In this document: piece by piece, positions 54,341-64,000 of the stretch
Layout: each line of letters begins with the position of its first letter
Numbering within the stretch: position 1 is the stretch's first letter
Source: Candidatus Cloacimonadaceae bacterium
GTDB taxonomy: Bacteria > Cloacimonadota > Cloacimonadia > Cloacimonadales > Cloacimonadaceae
Reading direction: 5' to 3'
Assembly (NCBI GenBank): GCA_034678545.1
Contig: JAXDBS010000095.1
Span: 46,248 to 110,247, forward strand
DNA length: 64,000 bases
The notes under the pieces: generated by a model
The model's database searches: none
What the model was told of the DNA's origin: nothing
What the model saw: only the letters and a program-made list of their open reading frames with translations
Position numbers and translations under genes: made by a program

Positions 54341-55855
54341 ATGAAGAGAAAAATCCGGCTCCTTATCATCCTGGCCCTGATAGCGGCAGTAATAATAGGT
54401 TATGCAGCATACAGGAAAAAACAAAGCCGCCCGGAGTGGAGGCTGGCAAGCTCCAGCCGGGGCACGATCAGGGAAGAGGTCACCGCCAGCGGGACTTTGA
54501 GCCCATCATCGCAGGTGGAGGTCGGGACGGAAGTATCCGGCAAGATTGTCAAACTCTACAAGGATTTCAACGATGCAGTCAGAAGGGGAGAACTGCTCGC
54601 CAAGCTGGACACGGATAACTTGGAAACGAATCTGGAAATGGCCCGTTCCGATGTCAGCAAGGCGCAGATCAATGTCCGGGAAGCCAAGCTGGACCTGGAC
54701 CTGCAGACTGAGTTGCATGACAAGGGCATGAGCACCGCCTACGAATTGCAAAAAGCCCGGAATTCCCATGACCAAGCAGTGCTGAACCTGGCCAACGCCC
54801 GCGCCTCCCTCAAGCGCAGCGAAACCAATCTGCATAACGCGATCATCACTTCTCCCATTGACGGAGTGGTCATTTCCCGCAACGTGGAGGAAGGCCAGAC
54901 CGTGGCGGCCAGCATGAACGCGCCCACCCTATTCGTCATAGCCAACAACCTGCAGAAAATGCAGATCAAGGCGGACGTGGACGAGGCAGACATTGGCAAG
55001 ATCAGGGTCGGGCAGCCAGTGGAGTTCACGGTAGACGCCTTTGCCGACGAGCAGTTCGAAGGCGCTGTCCAGCAGGTCAGGCTCAGCCCCAGCAGCGCCA
55101 ATAACGTTGTCACCTACACTGCCATCATTGACGTCCAGAATCCGCAGCTCAAGCTGCTGCCGGGCATGACGGCCAACGTCACGATCGTGATCCAGTCCCT
55201 GGAAAACATTTTGCGCATCCCGGAAGCGGCGATCCGCTTCAAGCCCAGCAAGGAACTTTGGGAGCAGTTTGGGCTGAGATGGGAAGAGCAGTTGGCTCGC
55301 AGTTCCAGCGCCCGTATGCAAAGGGGACAGATGGCCGGCAGCAACGGCCAGACAGCGCAAATCGGGCCGACCGGCATGAACAGCACAAGCTCCAAGCCTT
55401 CAGCCGGGATACCGGACAGCCTGAACGCAAAACCGGATAAGATGAAATCCGAGCAGAGAGCCGAATTTCGCCAGAAATTACGCACTGAAGGAAGCAGGCC
55501 TGCTCCGGCTGATCAGACCGGTGAACCAAGGACAGGCCGGCAAAGAGGCGACCCCGGCCAGGGGCATCCCCCGGCGAATGTGGCCGTGACTCAATCTTCC
55601 GATCAGAGCGCTCCGGCAGATGCAACGTTTGCAGAAATAAAACCCAGCCGCAACAGGATCTGGATCCTGTCAGATGGTAAACCGCAGCCTCTGGAGATCG
55701 TTACCGGCATCTCAGACGGCACTTTCATCCAAGTCATCTCGGGATTGAAAGCAGACCAGCAGTTCATTACAGGAGTCACTTACAAGAATTCCAAGCAGGC
55801 CAACGCCACCAACGGATCAGCTTTCAGGTCCGGCGGTTTCGGACCCCCGCGCTAA
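54341..55855 (+). CDS. MacA-like periplasmic adaptor (HlyD family) with a long low-complexity insertion
   Basis: TM anchor, coiled coil (LETNLEMARSDVSKAQINVREAKLDLDLQ...), ITSPIDGVVISRNVEEGQTV lipoyl motif, and an upstream position relative to the MacB-type ABC pair. ATG 54341 is preferred (GGAAG upstream). Confidence 0.85.
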   Translation: MKRKIRLLIILALIAAVIIGYAAYRKKQSRPEWRLASSSRGTIREEVTASGTLSPSSQVEVGTEVSGKIVKLYKDFNDAVRRGELLAKLDTDNLETNLEMARSDVSKAQINVREAKLDLDLQTELHDKGMSTAYELQKARNSHDQAVLNLANARASLKRSETNLHNAIITSPIDGVVISRNVEEGQTVAASMNAPTLFVIANNLQKMQIKADVDEADIGKIRVGQPVEFTVDAFADEQFEGAVQQVRLSPSSANNVVTYTAIIDVQNPQLKLLPGMTANVTIVIQSLENILRIPEAAIRFKPSKELWEQFGLRWEEQLARSSSARMQRGQMAGSNGQTAQIGPTGMNSTSSKPSAGIPDSLNAKPDKMKSEQRAEFRQKLRTEGSRPAPADQTGEPRTGRQRGDPGQGHPPANVAVTQSSDQSAPADATFAEIKPSRNRIWILSDGKPQPLEIVTGISDGTFIQVISGLKADQQFITGVTYKNSKQANATNGSAFRSGGFGPPR

Positions 55856-55865
55856 GGGATCAGGC

Positions 55866-56609
55866 ATGGCGGAAACCCTAGTGAGAATTGAGCACCTGAC
55901 CAAGGTGTATAAAATGGGCGATGTGGAAGTACACGCACTGCGGGGAGTGGATCTTCAGATCAGGCAGGGTGAGTTCATAGCCATCATGGGGGCCAGCGGG
56001 TCGGGTAAAACCACGCTGATGAACCTGATCGGCTGCCTGGACAAACCGTCGACCGGAACCTACAGTCTGGACGGTATTGACGTGCACACGATCTCCGAAG
56101 AGGACCTGGCCCAACTGCGCAACCAGAAGATCGGTTATGTCTTCCAATCCTTCTACCTGCTGCCCCGAACCACGGCTTATGAGAACGTGGAACTGCCGCT
56201 TCTGTACAGGACCAGGCTGTCCCATCACGAGCGGAGGGAGCTGACCCACAAAGCCATGCGCAATGTAAGCATCGAAGACCGGGCCCACCATTTCCCCAAC
56301 CAGCTTTCCGGAGGCCAGCAGCAACGCGTGGCCATCGCCCGCGCCATAGTCAACGAGCCGGTAATCCTGCTGGCTGATGAGCCGACCGGCAACCTAGACT
56401 CGCGGACCAGCGTCGAAGTCATGACAGTGTTTCAGGAACTGCACAACAAGGGAATAACGATCATCCTGGTCACGCATGAAAATGATATTTCCCAATACGC
56501 GCAGCGGATTATCACCTTCCGTGACGGCAGGATCAAATCCGATTTGCCCAACCATTCGATCCGCAACGCCTCGGAAGATTTATCGGCGCTTCCGCCCCTG
56601 GAGGACTGA
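55866..56609 (+). CDS. ABC transporter ATP-binding protein (MacB/LolD type)
   Basis: GASGSGKTT (Walker A), [14 protein letters not shown] (signature), [11 protein letters not shown] (Walker B). Confidence 0.93.
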   Translation: MAETLVRIEHLTKVYKMGDVEVHALRGVDLQIRQGEFIAIMGASGSGKTTLMNLIGCLDKPSTGTYSLDGIDVHTISEEDLAQLRNQKIGYVFQSFYLLPRTTAYENVELPLLYRTRLSHHERRELTHKAMRNVSIEDRAHHFPNQLSGGQQQRVAIARAIVNEPVILLADEPTGNLDSRTSVEVMTVFQELHNKGITIILVTHENDISQYAQRIITFRDGRIKSDLPNHSIRNASEDLSALPPLED

Positions 56610-56610
56610 C

Positions 56611-57828
56611 ATGACCGTTCCCGCCATTTTCCGGATCGCTGTGAAATCCCTGCAGCGCAACAAAACCCGCACCATCCTCACCATGCTTGGCATCATCATC
56701 GGCGTGGCGGCCGTGATCACCATGCTGGCCATCGGAGGCGGCGCCAAGAAGATCGTCGATGAACAGATCAGCAGCATGGGCACCAACGTTCTGACCATTA
56801 CTTCCAACTTCGGCAGCAACCGCACCACTGCGCGCAGCGAAGCCGGCACAGGCAACATGCTCACCCTGGAAGACGCCCAGGCCATCCGGGAACAGGTGGG
56901 CGGCGTGCTTTACGTTTCGCCTGTAGTCAGGTCCTTCGGCCAGCTCAAATACGGCAATCAGAACTGGCGCACCCAGGTCATGGGCGCGGATGTGGATTTC
57001 TTTTACATTAGGGACATGGAATTGGAACAGGGAGAGTTTTTCAACAGCAGCCATGTCCGCTCCGGAGTGAAGGTTTGCGTCATCGGCAAGACCGTGGCGG
57101 ACAACCTGTTCGGGGATGCCGATCCGATAGACAAAGTGATCCGGGTCAGAAACATACCAGTCAAGGTCGTGGGAGTGCTCAAGTCTAAGGGCCAAAGTGT
57201 GATGGGCGGAGATCAGGACGACGTGGTGCTCGCGCCTTATACCATGGTGCTGACGAGATTCCTGGGCGGCCGGCGGCCGACGCTCCAGATCTATGCTTCG
57301 GCGGAATCAAAGGACGCCATGCTCAGGGTTCAGCAGGATATCACGGACCTTTTACAGCAAAGGCACCGGGATACAACTTCGGAGGATTTCTTCGTGCGCA
57401 GCCAGACCGACATCGCCGAAACTTCGGAAGAAGTGTCCAATACCATGACGCTTTTACTGGCCAGCATTGCGGGGATCTCGCTATTGGTAGGCGGGATAGG
57501 GATTATGAACATCATGCTGGTATCGGTCACGGAACGCATCAAGGAGATCGGCATCCGCATGGCGGTAGGCGCCAAAAAGCGTGATGTGCTGCTTCAGTTC
57601 ATCATCGAAGCCATCACCATCAGCATCATAGGCGGAGTGATCGGGATCGGGATCGGGATTGGGGCTGCCCAGATCATAGGACACACGCAGAATTGGACGA
57701 TTTCGATCAGCGGTTGGTCAGTGCTGCTGGCAGTGGGCTTTTCCTGCGCTATCGGCATCTTTTTCGGTTGGTATCCGGCCCGTAAAGCCGCCAATCTGAA
57801 CCTGATCGACGCCCTCAGGTACGAATAG
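56611..57828 (+). CDS. ABC transporter permease (MacB/FtsX type)
   Basis: Start moved to ATG 56611 (MTVPAIFRIAVKSLQRNKTRTILTMLGIIIGVAAV), 1 nt after the ATPase stop. Large periplasmic domain, then an FtsX-type C-terminal 3-TM bundle. Confidence 0.9.
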   Translation: MTVPAIFRIAVKSLQRNKTRTILTMLGIIIGVAAVITMLAIGGGAKKIVDEQISSMGTNVLTITSNFGSNRTTARSEAGTGNMLTLEDAQAIREQVGGVLYVSPVVRSFGQLKYGNQNWRTQVMGADVDFFYIRDMELEQGEFFNSSHVRSGVKVCVIGKTVADNLFGDADPIDKVIRVRNIPVKVVGVLKSKGQSVMGGDQDDVVLAPYTMVLTRFLGGRRPTLQIYASAESKDAMLRVQQDITDLLQQRHRDTTSEDFFVRSQTDIAETSEEVSNTMTLLLASIAGISLLVGGIGIMNIMLVSVTERIKEIGIRMAVGAKKRDVLLQFIIEAITISIIGGVIGIGIGIGAAQIIGHTQNWTISISGWSVLLAVGFSCAIGIFFGWYPARKAANLNLIDALRYE

Positions 57829-57830
57829 AA

Positions 57831-59921
57831 TCAATAGCCCCGGATGCGTTTCAGGACATTGGCCTGCACATTCGGCGGGGTGATCTCGTATTTCTTGAAT
57901 TCCAGAGTGTAAACCGCCCGGCCCTGGGACAGGGACCTGATCCGCGTCGCATATCCGAACAGCTCGCTGAGCGGGACCTCCGCCACAATTTCCTGCTGGT
58001 ACTCGTTGTGCCGTCTGAAGAAATCCACCTTGCCGCGCTTGGAGTTGATATCGCCGATGATATCACCCACAAATTCGTCCGGAGTGAGCACGGACAGAAG
58101 CATGATTGGTTCCATGATGACCGCTTCCGCTTCCCGCAGAGCTTTGTTGACAGCCATGGAGGTGGCGATGTGGAAAGCCATTTCGCTGGAGTTTACCGGA
58201 TCGAAGCTGCCTCCGACGAGTTCCACCCTCACCCTTTCGACATTGCCGTTGATCAGGGGACCGTCATTCAGGGAATTGAGCGCGCTCTCCTGGATCGCTT
58301 TCCAATATACGGGCGGGATAATGTCTTCCGAAACCAGATTGGCGTATATGTTCTTCATGCCTTCCGGCAGGCTGTTCAGCGCAAGCGGCGTAAGGCGGAT
58401 GCTGACTGCAGCGAAATTGACCTTGCCGCCCATATCGCGCTGGAACATTTCATCCATCGAGACCTGTCTGGTGATGGTTTCCTTGTATGACACCTGCGGC
58501 GTTCCGACATTGGCCTGGACATTGAATTCCCTTTTGAGGCGGTCCACGATGATATCAAGATGCAGTTCTCCCATGCCCGAGATCAGGGTCTGCCCGGTTT
58601 CCTTATCTACGCGCACATTGAAGGTCGGGTCTTCTTCCTCCAGGCGGGACAAGGCGTCTTTAAGTGCGTCCTGGTCAGCCTTGGTCTTGGGCTCGATGGC
58701 GATCGAGATCACTGTGTCAGGGAATTGCATCCTGGATAGCCGGATATTTGCATTGTCGGCCGTAATGGTGTCACCCGTGATCAACTGCTTGGGTCCGACC
58801 ACAGCGCCGATGTCGCCTGCTGTCAGCTGCTCCAGGTCATGCTTGCGGTTGCTCATCATTTGCAGGATTCGGGACACGCGTTCTTTGCGTCCCGTGGTCT
58901 GGTTGACAAAGCTGTCACCTTTTTTCAGGACTCCTGAATAGACGCGGATATAGACAAGTTTTCCCACATATTTATCGATCTGGACTTTGAAAGCCAGCGC
59001 CACCAGCGGTTCACGGGGATCGCAGGAAACCGTTACTGTTTCGTTTGTTTCGTGCTTGAATCCCTGGGTGCAGCCGATGTCCAGAGGCGAAGGCAAGTAA
59101 TCGCAGACTGCATCCAGTAAAAGCTGCACGCCTTTGTTCCTGAGCGAGCTACCACACAACACGGGCACCAGCTGATTGCGCACAGTCCCTTTGCGGATGG
59201 CCCTTTTCAGCACCCCTTCCGTTATGGCTTCCCCGTCCAGATAGCAGGTGAGCAGTTCATCATCAAACTCGGCGACCGTTTCCAACAGCTGATCACGGTA
59301 TAGCCTTGCCTTTTCCAGGTGGCTGTCCGGGATTTCCTCGCGGTGCACGGTGAAGCCCTGGGAATTGGGGTCGAACTTGAAAACCTGCATAGTTACGAGG
59401 TCAATGATGCCGGAAAGGTTTTCCTCTTTGCCGAGCGGGAGGTTGATCGGAATCGCCTTGGTGGTCAGGCGCTCGTGGATCATGGCGATGACGCGCTCGT
59501 AATCAGATCCCAGCCTGTCCAGTTTGTTTACGAAAGCCAGACGCGGGACCTGATAGCGTTCCGCCTGATGCCAGACAGTTTCGGATTGCGGCTCCACTCC
59601 GCCTACCCCGCAAAATATACCGACCGCTCCATCCAGTACGCGTAATGATCTTTCCACTTCTGCTGTAAAATCCACGTGTCCTGGCGTGTCGATGATGTTG
59701 ATCTGGAAGTCATGCCAATGGCAGGCAACAGTGGCTGCCGTGATCGTGATGCCGCGTTCGCGTTCCTGTTCCATCCAGTCCGTAAATGTATTGCCGTCGT
59801 GGACCTCACCCATCTTGTGCAGAAAGCCGGTGTAGAACAGAATCCTTTCTGTCGTCGTGGTCTTGCCGGCGTCAATGTGGGCGATGATCCCAATGTTGCG
59901 GATCCTGGATAGTTTGGTCAC
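57831..59921 (-). CDS. fusA: Elongation factor G
   Basis: IRNIGIIAHIDAGKTTTTERILFYTG, DTPGHVDF and NKLD motifs. 696 aa. Convergent with the ABC permease, with a 2-nt gap. Confidence 0.93.
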   Translation of the reverse strand: MTKLSRIRNIGIIAHIDAGKTTTTERILFYTGFLHKMGEVHDGNTFTDWMEQERERGITITAATVACHWHDFQINIIDTPGHVDFTAEVERSLRVLDGAVGIFCGVGGVEPQSETVWHQAERYQVPRLAFVNKLDRLGSDYERVIAMIHERLTTKAIPINLPLGKEENLSGIIDLVTMQVFKFDPNSQGFTVHREEIPDSHLEKARLYRDQLLETVAEFDDELLTCYLDGEAITEGVLKRAIRKGTVRNQLVPVLCGSSLRNKGVQLLLDAVCDYLPSPLDIGCTQGFKHETNETVTVSCDPREPLVALAFKVQIDKYVGKLVYIRVYSGVLKKGDSFVNQTTGRKERVSRILQMMSNRKHDLEQLTAGDIGAVVGPKQLITGDTITADNANIRLSRMQFPDTVISIAIEPKTKADQDALKDALSRLEEEDPTFNVRVDKETGQTLISGMGELHLDIIVDRLKREFNVQANVGTPQVSYKETITRQVSMDEMFQRDMGGKVNFAAVSIRLTPLALNSLPEGMKNIYANLVSEDIIPPVYWKAIQESALNSLNDGPLINGNVERVRVELVGGSFDPVNSSEMAFHIATSMAVNKALREAEAVIMEPIMLLSVLTPDEFVGDIIGDINSKRGKVDFFRRHNEYQQEIVAEVPLSELFGYATRIRSLSQGRAVYTLEFKKYEITPPNVQANVLKRIRGY

Positions 59922-60220
59922 ATTATCCCCTGTCTATATTCGGAAAAAGTATTTTTCTGTGACAAAAACACAGATTGTGCCTGGCTGTCCATAAAAAACT
60001 TGCGCACCACCGCTAATGTCAACCAATGTGAAATGGAAACCAGATCGGCAGGGCACCAGCCCCGCCCTTGCATGTCAGCATGGCGCTAACATTAGTGAAA
60101 CTCTTCCTCAACCTGGTCAGAATTGCAAAGTAGGAACCTGCTTTCGGGTTCTGTTTCTTGCAAGGAACAGCAGCCCGGTTAGACTTACCGAACTGCGGTA
60201 AAACCGGGTTCGCATTTTTC

Positions 60221-60249
60221 TTGACTTGGTTGATTCAGCAATATAATAT
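60221..60249 (+). promoter_or_regulatory. Sigma-70-type promoter of the M1 peptidase gene
   Basis: TTGACT (60221-26), then TATAAT at 60242-47 (15-nt spacing) or TAATAT at 60244-49 (17-nt spacing). GGGAG RBS lies before ATG 60272. Confidence 0.55.
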
Positions 60250-60271
60250 GTTCAGATAAAAGGGAGACATT

Positions 60272-63154
60272 ATGCTGAGAGAAAAAATGGTGTTGATTTG
60301 GCTGCTCTGTTTCACCGCGTTGGGAGTAACAAACCTATCTGCCATGCAGAAGTTCTGGAGCGACGAGCCCTCCACTCAAAGAGTGGAAAGGTATGATTCC
60401 CTCACCGGTTTTGACATCACAAAATACATCCAGACTATCAAGATAAACGATGTGAGCCACTATATCGAAGGGAACATCAAAGCATTTGTCACCTCAGAAA
60501 GCAACCTGGCAGAAATGAAGTACGAGCTTATGGGAGGCACCCTGGCTGTCACCCAAGTGCTGGTCAACGATTCCGTCAGCACCTACACACACACAAATGG
60601 CGTCATCACCATTCCGGTCAATTTCACTCCCGGACAGCAGTTCACGACAAACGTTTTTTATTCAGGCGTGCCGGCCCTCAGCCCTTCTCCATATTCGATC
60701 GGCATGAAATTCAATACGACCGGGGTTTACACCCTGTCCAATCCGGACGCGGGAAGGTATTACTGGCCCTGTTATGACCACCCCTGGGACAAGGCGCTGC
60801 TGGACCAGAACATAACAGTGCGCAGCGATTGGCTGGTGGCCGGCCAGGGCACCAGGACCGGCATAACGGATAACGGCAACGGTACCAGAACTCACCATTG
60901 GAGCCTTGCATCACCTGTCGCCACATATGTAATCGGCTTTGCGGCCGCTGCTTTTGTGGAATTCAACCAAATGGCAGGCAACGTCCCCATTCAGAATTTC
61001 GTGCTGCAGTCTGATTTGGCAGATGCCCAGGTCTCTTTTTCCCACGTTCCGGACATGATCTCCTTTTTCTCCGATTACTACGGACCCTATCCATTTGAAA
61101 AATACGGCATGGCCGGCATCAGCATTTCACCCTATGCCGCCATGGAACACAACACCATGACTTTGCTGACTGCATCCCTGATCACGGGAACCTATTCCGG
61201 AGAAAACACCATCGCGCACGAACTGGGACACCAATGGTTTGGTGGCGCGGTAACGCCTCTCAGCATGGCGGAAGTCTGGCTCAAGGAAGGCTTTGCCGTC
61301 TATTCCGAGTTTCTCTTCAAACATCATTATTACGGCTGGAGCACCGCCTTGTCCTATTTATGGTCGTCCATCCAAAGTTACTTTCTGAGTTACGAATCCA
61401 GCCATCCCACTAGCGTGATGTACGATCCGCCCTACAACAGCCTGTTCACGCCGTGCACCTATGAAAAAGGCGCTTCTGTCATCCATATGATGCGTTTGAG
61501 AATGGGAAATCCCACCTTCGAGAGCTTCATCCACACCTGGTTCAATACCTATAACGGCAGCAACGTGGTTTCAGCCGAATTCGAGGCCATGGCGGAGCAG
61601 GTCAGCGGGCTTGATTTTACTCAATTCTTCCACCAATGGGTCTATAGTCCGGGTATCCCATCCGCCAAACTTACCTATTTCACGGACGGCGTCGGACAAG
61701 CTAAGATCGTCGGCCAGACAACCAGTTCTTCCTCCACCCAGTTTGACATAGACATCCCGCTCAAACTCGCAAATTCAGCTTTATTGGACTCGGTGGTAGT
61801 GAGGGCGACGCCTGAGGGCTTTACCAACCTCGTTCCTTATGCCCCCGCTGCTGACAATCTGGCCCAGATCCAGATAGATCCCAATCACTGGGTGCTCAAC
61901 CGCGGCTTTTCTGTAAATACATTCCAACTCACCCTCTGCGCCCCGGCCGATCATAGGGTCACCCTGACTTGGAACGCTCTGGCTTCGCCTGTTCCTTTGC
62001 TGGGTTACAATGTTTACCGCAGGCGGATACCGGAAGGAGCTTGGATGCGGCTCAACATGTTTCCGTTGGCAACTTTCTCCTACACGGACCTGACAGCACT
62101 CAACGGTTACACTTATCAGTACTACGTCACGGCCAAAGAGGAAGGCGGCTTCGAGTCCCTGCCCACTAACATTATGACCGCCACGCCGATCGAGTTTCCC
62201 TTCGACTGGGGCTTCCTGGTAGTGGACGAAACCCGGGACGGGACAGGCACGGTATTCAATCCGACCGACCAGAGCGTTGATTCGTTCTATGCTTCCGTGT
62301 TAAGCTCCATGCCCTTCACCCAATGGGATTACAATGGTGTGGGATCACCCACGCTTTCCACGCTCAGCCATTACCCGCTGGTGCTTTGGCACTGCGATGA
62401 CTACTCGGATTTTCAACTGGATGAAAATCTTTCCACCCTGGCCAGTTATGTCATCAGCGGAGGGAAACTGCTGATTTCCGGCTGGAAGTACCCCGGAGCT
62501 CTGCCGCAGGAGTTCTTTGACCAGTGGCTGAACGGAGTGGTGCCCCAGATCATTAACAACCCGCAGCTTATATCGGCCCAATCGGATTATTACCAGGATC
62601 TTCATCCTGACCCCGACAAGCTGACGCCGCTCTGGAACGGGATGCTCAGTATGGCTTATGTCTTTCCTGAGGCTACGCAATTCTTCTACACCGCGGAAGT
62701 CCAGGACAGCCTGACCGGACAAGGCCTGCCTTTGGCCGTGAGAGCGGACAACAACGGCACTCTGGTCATGCTGGGTTTTCCGCTCTATTATATGCTGGAG
62801 GATGAGGTCCGCGCCTTTCTGGAACAACTGCTTCCCCAGCTTTGGGCTCAGGTTCCGGTGGTGGACGCATACAATCTGATAACTGCGGAAGAACTGCCCC
62901 TAATTTGTTATCCAAACCCCTGCTCCGATAGACTTTACCTCCGGTTGAGCGGAAAATCTTCTCCCGACGGTGTAATTTCCTTATACAACATCAAGGGGCA
63001 ACTGATCAAGCGCTGGCAATGCCTTGACAACAAGGAACTGGTCTGGGACGGCCGTGACTCGGGTGAGCGTCCGGTTGCCGACGGTGTTTACCTGATCCGG
63101 ATCTCGGACGGTAAACAACAGCGCAGCCGAAGGATCACACTGATCAGGAATTGA
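60272..63154 (+). CDS. Secreted M1-family zinc aminopeptidase with Fn3 and a T9SS C-terminal sorting domain
   Basis: HELGHQWFG ... WLKEGFA (HExxH-18-E), AAMEHN (GAMEN-like), Fn3-like VTLTWNALASPVPLLGYNVYRR...YTYQYYVTA, and C-terminus CYPNPCSDRLYLRL...ISLYNIKGQLI...GVYLIRISDGKQQRSRRITLIRN (Por/T9SS CTD pattern). Confidence 0.88.
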   Translation: MLREKMVLIWLLCFTALGVTNLSAMQKFWSDEPSTQRVERYDSLTGFDITKYIQTIKINDVSHYIEGNIKAFVTSESNLAEMKYELMGGTLAVTQVLVNDSVSTYTHTNGVITIPVNFTPGQQFTTNVFYSGVPALSPSPYSIGMKFNTTGVYTLSNPDAGRYYWPCYDHPWDKALLDQNITVRSDWLVAGQGTRTGITDNGNGTRTHHWSLASPVATYVIGFAAAAFVEFNQMAGNVPIQNFVLQSDLADAQVSFSHVPDMISFFSDYYGPYPFEKYGMAGISISPYAAMEHNTMTLLTASLITGTYSGENTIAHELGHQWFGGAVTPLSMAEVWLKEGFAVYSEFLFKHHYYGWSTALSYLWSSIQSYFLSYESSHPTSVMYDPPYNSLFTPCTYEKGASVIHMMRLRMGNPTFESFIHTWFNTYNGSNVVSAEFEAMAEQVSGLDFTQFFHQWVYSPGIPSAKLTYFTDGVGQAKIVGQTTSSSSTQFDIDIPLKLANSALLDSVVVRATPEGFTNLVPYAPAADNLAQIQIDPNHWVLNRGFSVNTFQLTLCAPADHRVTLTWNALASPVPLLGYNVYRRRIPEGAWMRLNMFPLATFSYTDLTALNGYTYQYYVTAKEEGGFESLPTNIMTATPIEFPFDWGFLVVDETRDGTGTVFNPTDQSVDSFYASVLSSMPFTQWDYNGVGSPTLSTLSHYPLVLWHCDDYSDFQLDENLSTLASYVISGGKLLISGWKYPGALPQEFFDQWLNGVVPQIINNPQLISAQSDYYQDLHPDPDKLTPLWNGMLSMAYVFPEATQFFYTAEVQDSLTGQGLPLAVRADNNGTLVMLGFPLYYMLEDEVRAFLEQLLPQLWAQVPVVDAYNLITAEELPLICYPNPCSDRLYLRLSGKSSPDGVISLYNIKGQLIKRWQCLDNKELVWDGRDSGERPVADGVYLIRISDGKQQRSRRITLIRN

Positions 63155-63299
63155 GCAGTCTGCAGAAGGTTTGGGGAAACAACCAAGGCCTGACCACTTC
63201 CCTTTGGCAGCTAAGTCCAAATGATTTCAGGGATTGGATATTTCCCTTGTCAGAAAGGGCGTTAAATTAAACTGGGTTCAAAATTTAGTGGAGAGTGCG

Positions 63300-63608
63300 A
63301 TGAGTAAGCAAGAGAAAGAGAAACAAATCCAAGGCTGCGACTGCCAAGAGGACGATTGCAGCTGCGATACGATCACCCTGGAAATGGAAGACGGCAGCTT
63401 TGAGAAATTCATATTCTACGGGACTCTGGAACACCAAAACAAGCATTATATAGCCCTTGCCCCCTTGGAAGGCGAGGAATATTTCATATACGGCCTCAAG
63501 GAAGCGGGGGAGGAGATGGAGATCTTTCCGATCGATGATATGAAAGAGCTGGAAGTGGTGGCCGAGGTGTTCGAACAGCGCATAACGGAGGAAGAGGAAG
63601 GGGAGTGA
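63300..63608 (+). CDS. DUF1292-family small acidic protein
   Basis: Start moved to ATG 63300. ITLEMEDGSFEKFIFYGTLEHQNKHYIALAPLEGEEYFIY...IDDMKELEVVAEVFEQ matches the DUF1292 pattern as I recall it. Confidence 0.65.
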   Translation: MSKQEKEKQIQGCDCQEDDCSCDTITLEMEDGSFEKFIFYGTLEHQNKHYIALAPLEGEEYFIYGLKEAGEEMEIFPIDDMKELEVVAEVFEQRITEEEEGE

Positions 63609-63642
63609 TCCCCAGGCAATTATTCGCAACTCATTTGAATGG

Positions 63643-63669
63643 GGAGGCTCAACTGCAGCCTCCTTTTTT
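63643..63669 (+). terminator. Rho-independent terminator
   Basis: ggaggct-caactgc-agcctcc followed by tttttt. Lies 35 nt after the stop. Confidence 0.75.
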
Positions 63670-64000
63670 CTTAATTCCAACTATGCGGTGACGGATCGCA
63701 TCCCCTGATTTTCTTTCCCTAAGTGACAAAGCTCAATCTACCCGTGTAGCGATCACATACAATATTGCCTGGTTACATCCTCTGCCGGAAACAGGTTTCC
63801 GGGTTGGGGTTGCCTCCATCTTGTGTGGATAGCGGATTTCAGTCAAGAAGTGGATCATAATTACGATTTACGAATTACTGATAGTTGCGGTAAGAAACAG
63901 AGTAAAGAGCGGATTGTCCCTTGCTTGATGGAAGACCTGAGTTTACCACTTTCGCAGGAACGACGGCTTTGTGAAACGGAAAATGGGGCGGAGCCTTGCA

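Noticed and set aside
63872-64000. A possible minus-strand ORF entering from the right edge (…SALYSVSYRNYQ*), and a possible fourth repeat copy starting at the last bases (ggggcggagccttgca)
   Set aside because: Only ~43 codons and ~16 nt are visible. There is no motif, and the similarity to the repeat flanks is limited to short GC-rich strings. It cannot be evaluated without sequence beyond the window.
1-64000. A search for CRISPR arrays, IS elements, transposases, integrases, prophage genes, rRNA, reverse transcriptases and toxin-antitoxin pairs
   Set aside because: I found none by reading. The only multi-copy DNA is the three-copy palindromic element, and the 17.4-19.7-kb wedge has no integrase and no direct repeats of the adjacent tRNA that I could detect, so a mobile-island call is unsupported.

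Overview
This 64-kb chromosomal window comes from a diderm bacterium with moderate GC by eye. Several secreted proteins carry T9SS-type C-terminal sorting domains, which suggests an FCB-superphylum or Cloacimonadota-like organism, but that is an impression only. The conserved core (19989-34237, + strand) is tRNA-Thr/Tyr/Gly/Thr, tuf, rpmG, tRNA-Trp, secE, nusG, rplKAJL, rpoBC and rpsLG, ending in a strong terminator. fusA is not in this block; it sits about 23 kb away on the other strand. To the left are a partial MscS channel, a TtcA-like PP-loop enzyme, a cyclophilin lipoprotein and an RND efflux pair. They are followed by an RtcR-like CARF + sigma-54 activator, a 2130-aa secreted cysteine-protease/beta-helix protein, and a three-gene wedge of uncharacterised genes (17368-19663). 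To the right are housekeeping and envelope genes: rsmA, OMPs, a T9SS cargo, lspA, a dksA-like gene, PNP, divIVA, yggT, tdk, buk, pyrR/pyrF, murA and prmC. That side also holds a STAS + REC-kinase partner-switch pair, a MacAB-type ABC exporter, fusA and a T9SS M1 aminopeptidase. I saw no CRISPR array, transposase, integrase or rRNA. Four items most deserve follow-up. (1) The orphan CARF-sigma54 regulator has no RtcB/RtcA partner. (2) The small-protein + DUF6569/ARPP-1-like + DUF45-metallopeptidase wedge has a sigma-54-like promoter in front of its first gene. (3) A roughly 85-bp palindromic repeat is present three times in promoter-proximal intergenic DNA, is built of 11-nt sub-repeats and carries a compensatory stem change. 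(4) A tight cluster of consensus DnaA boxes lies far from any dnaA. All calls come from reading the sequence and translations by eye; no searches or computations were run.
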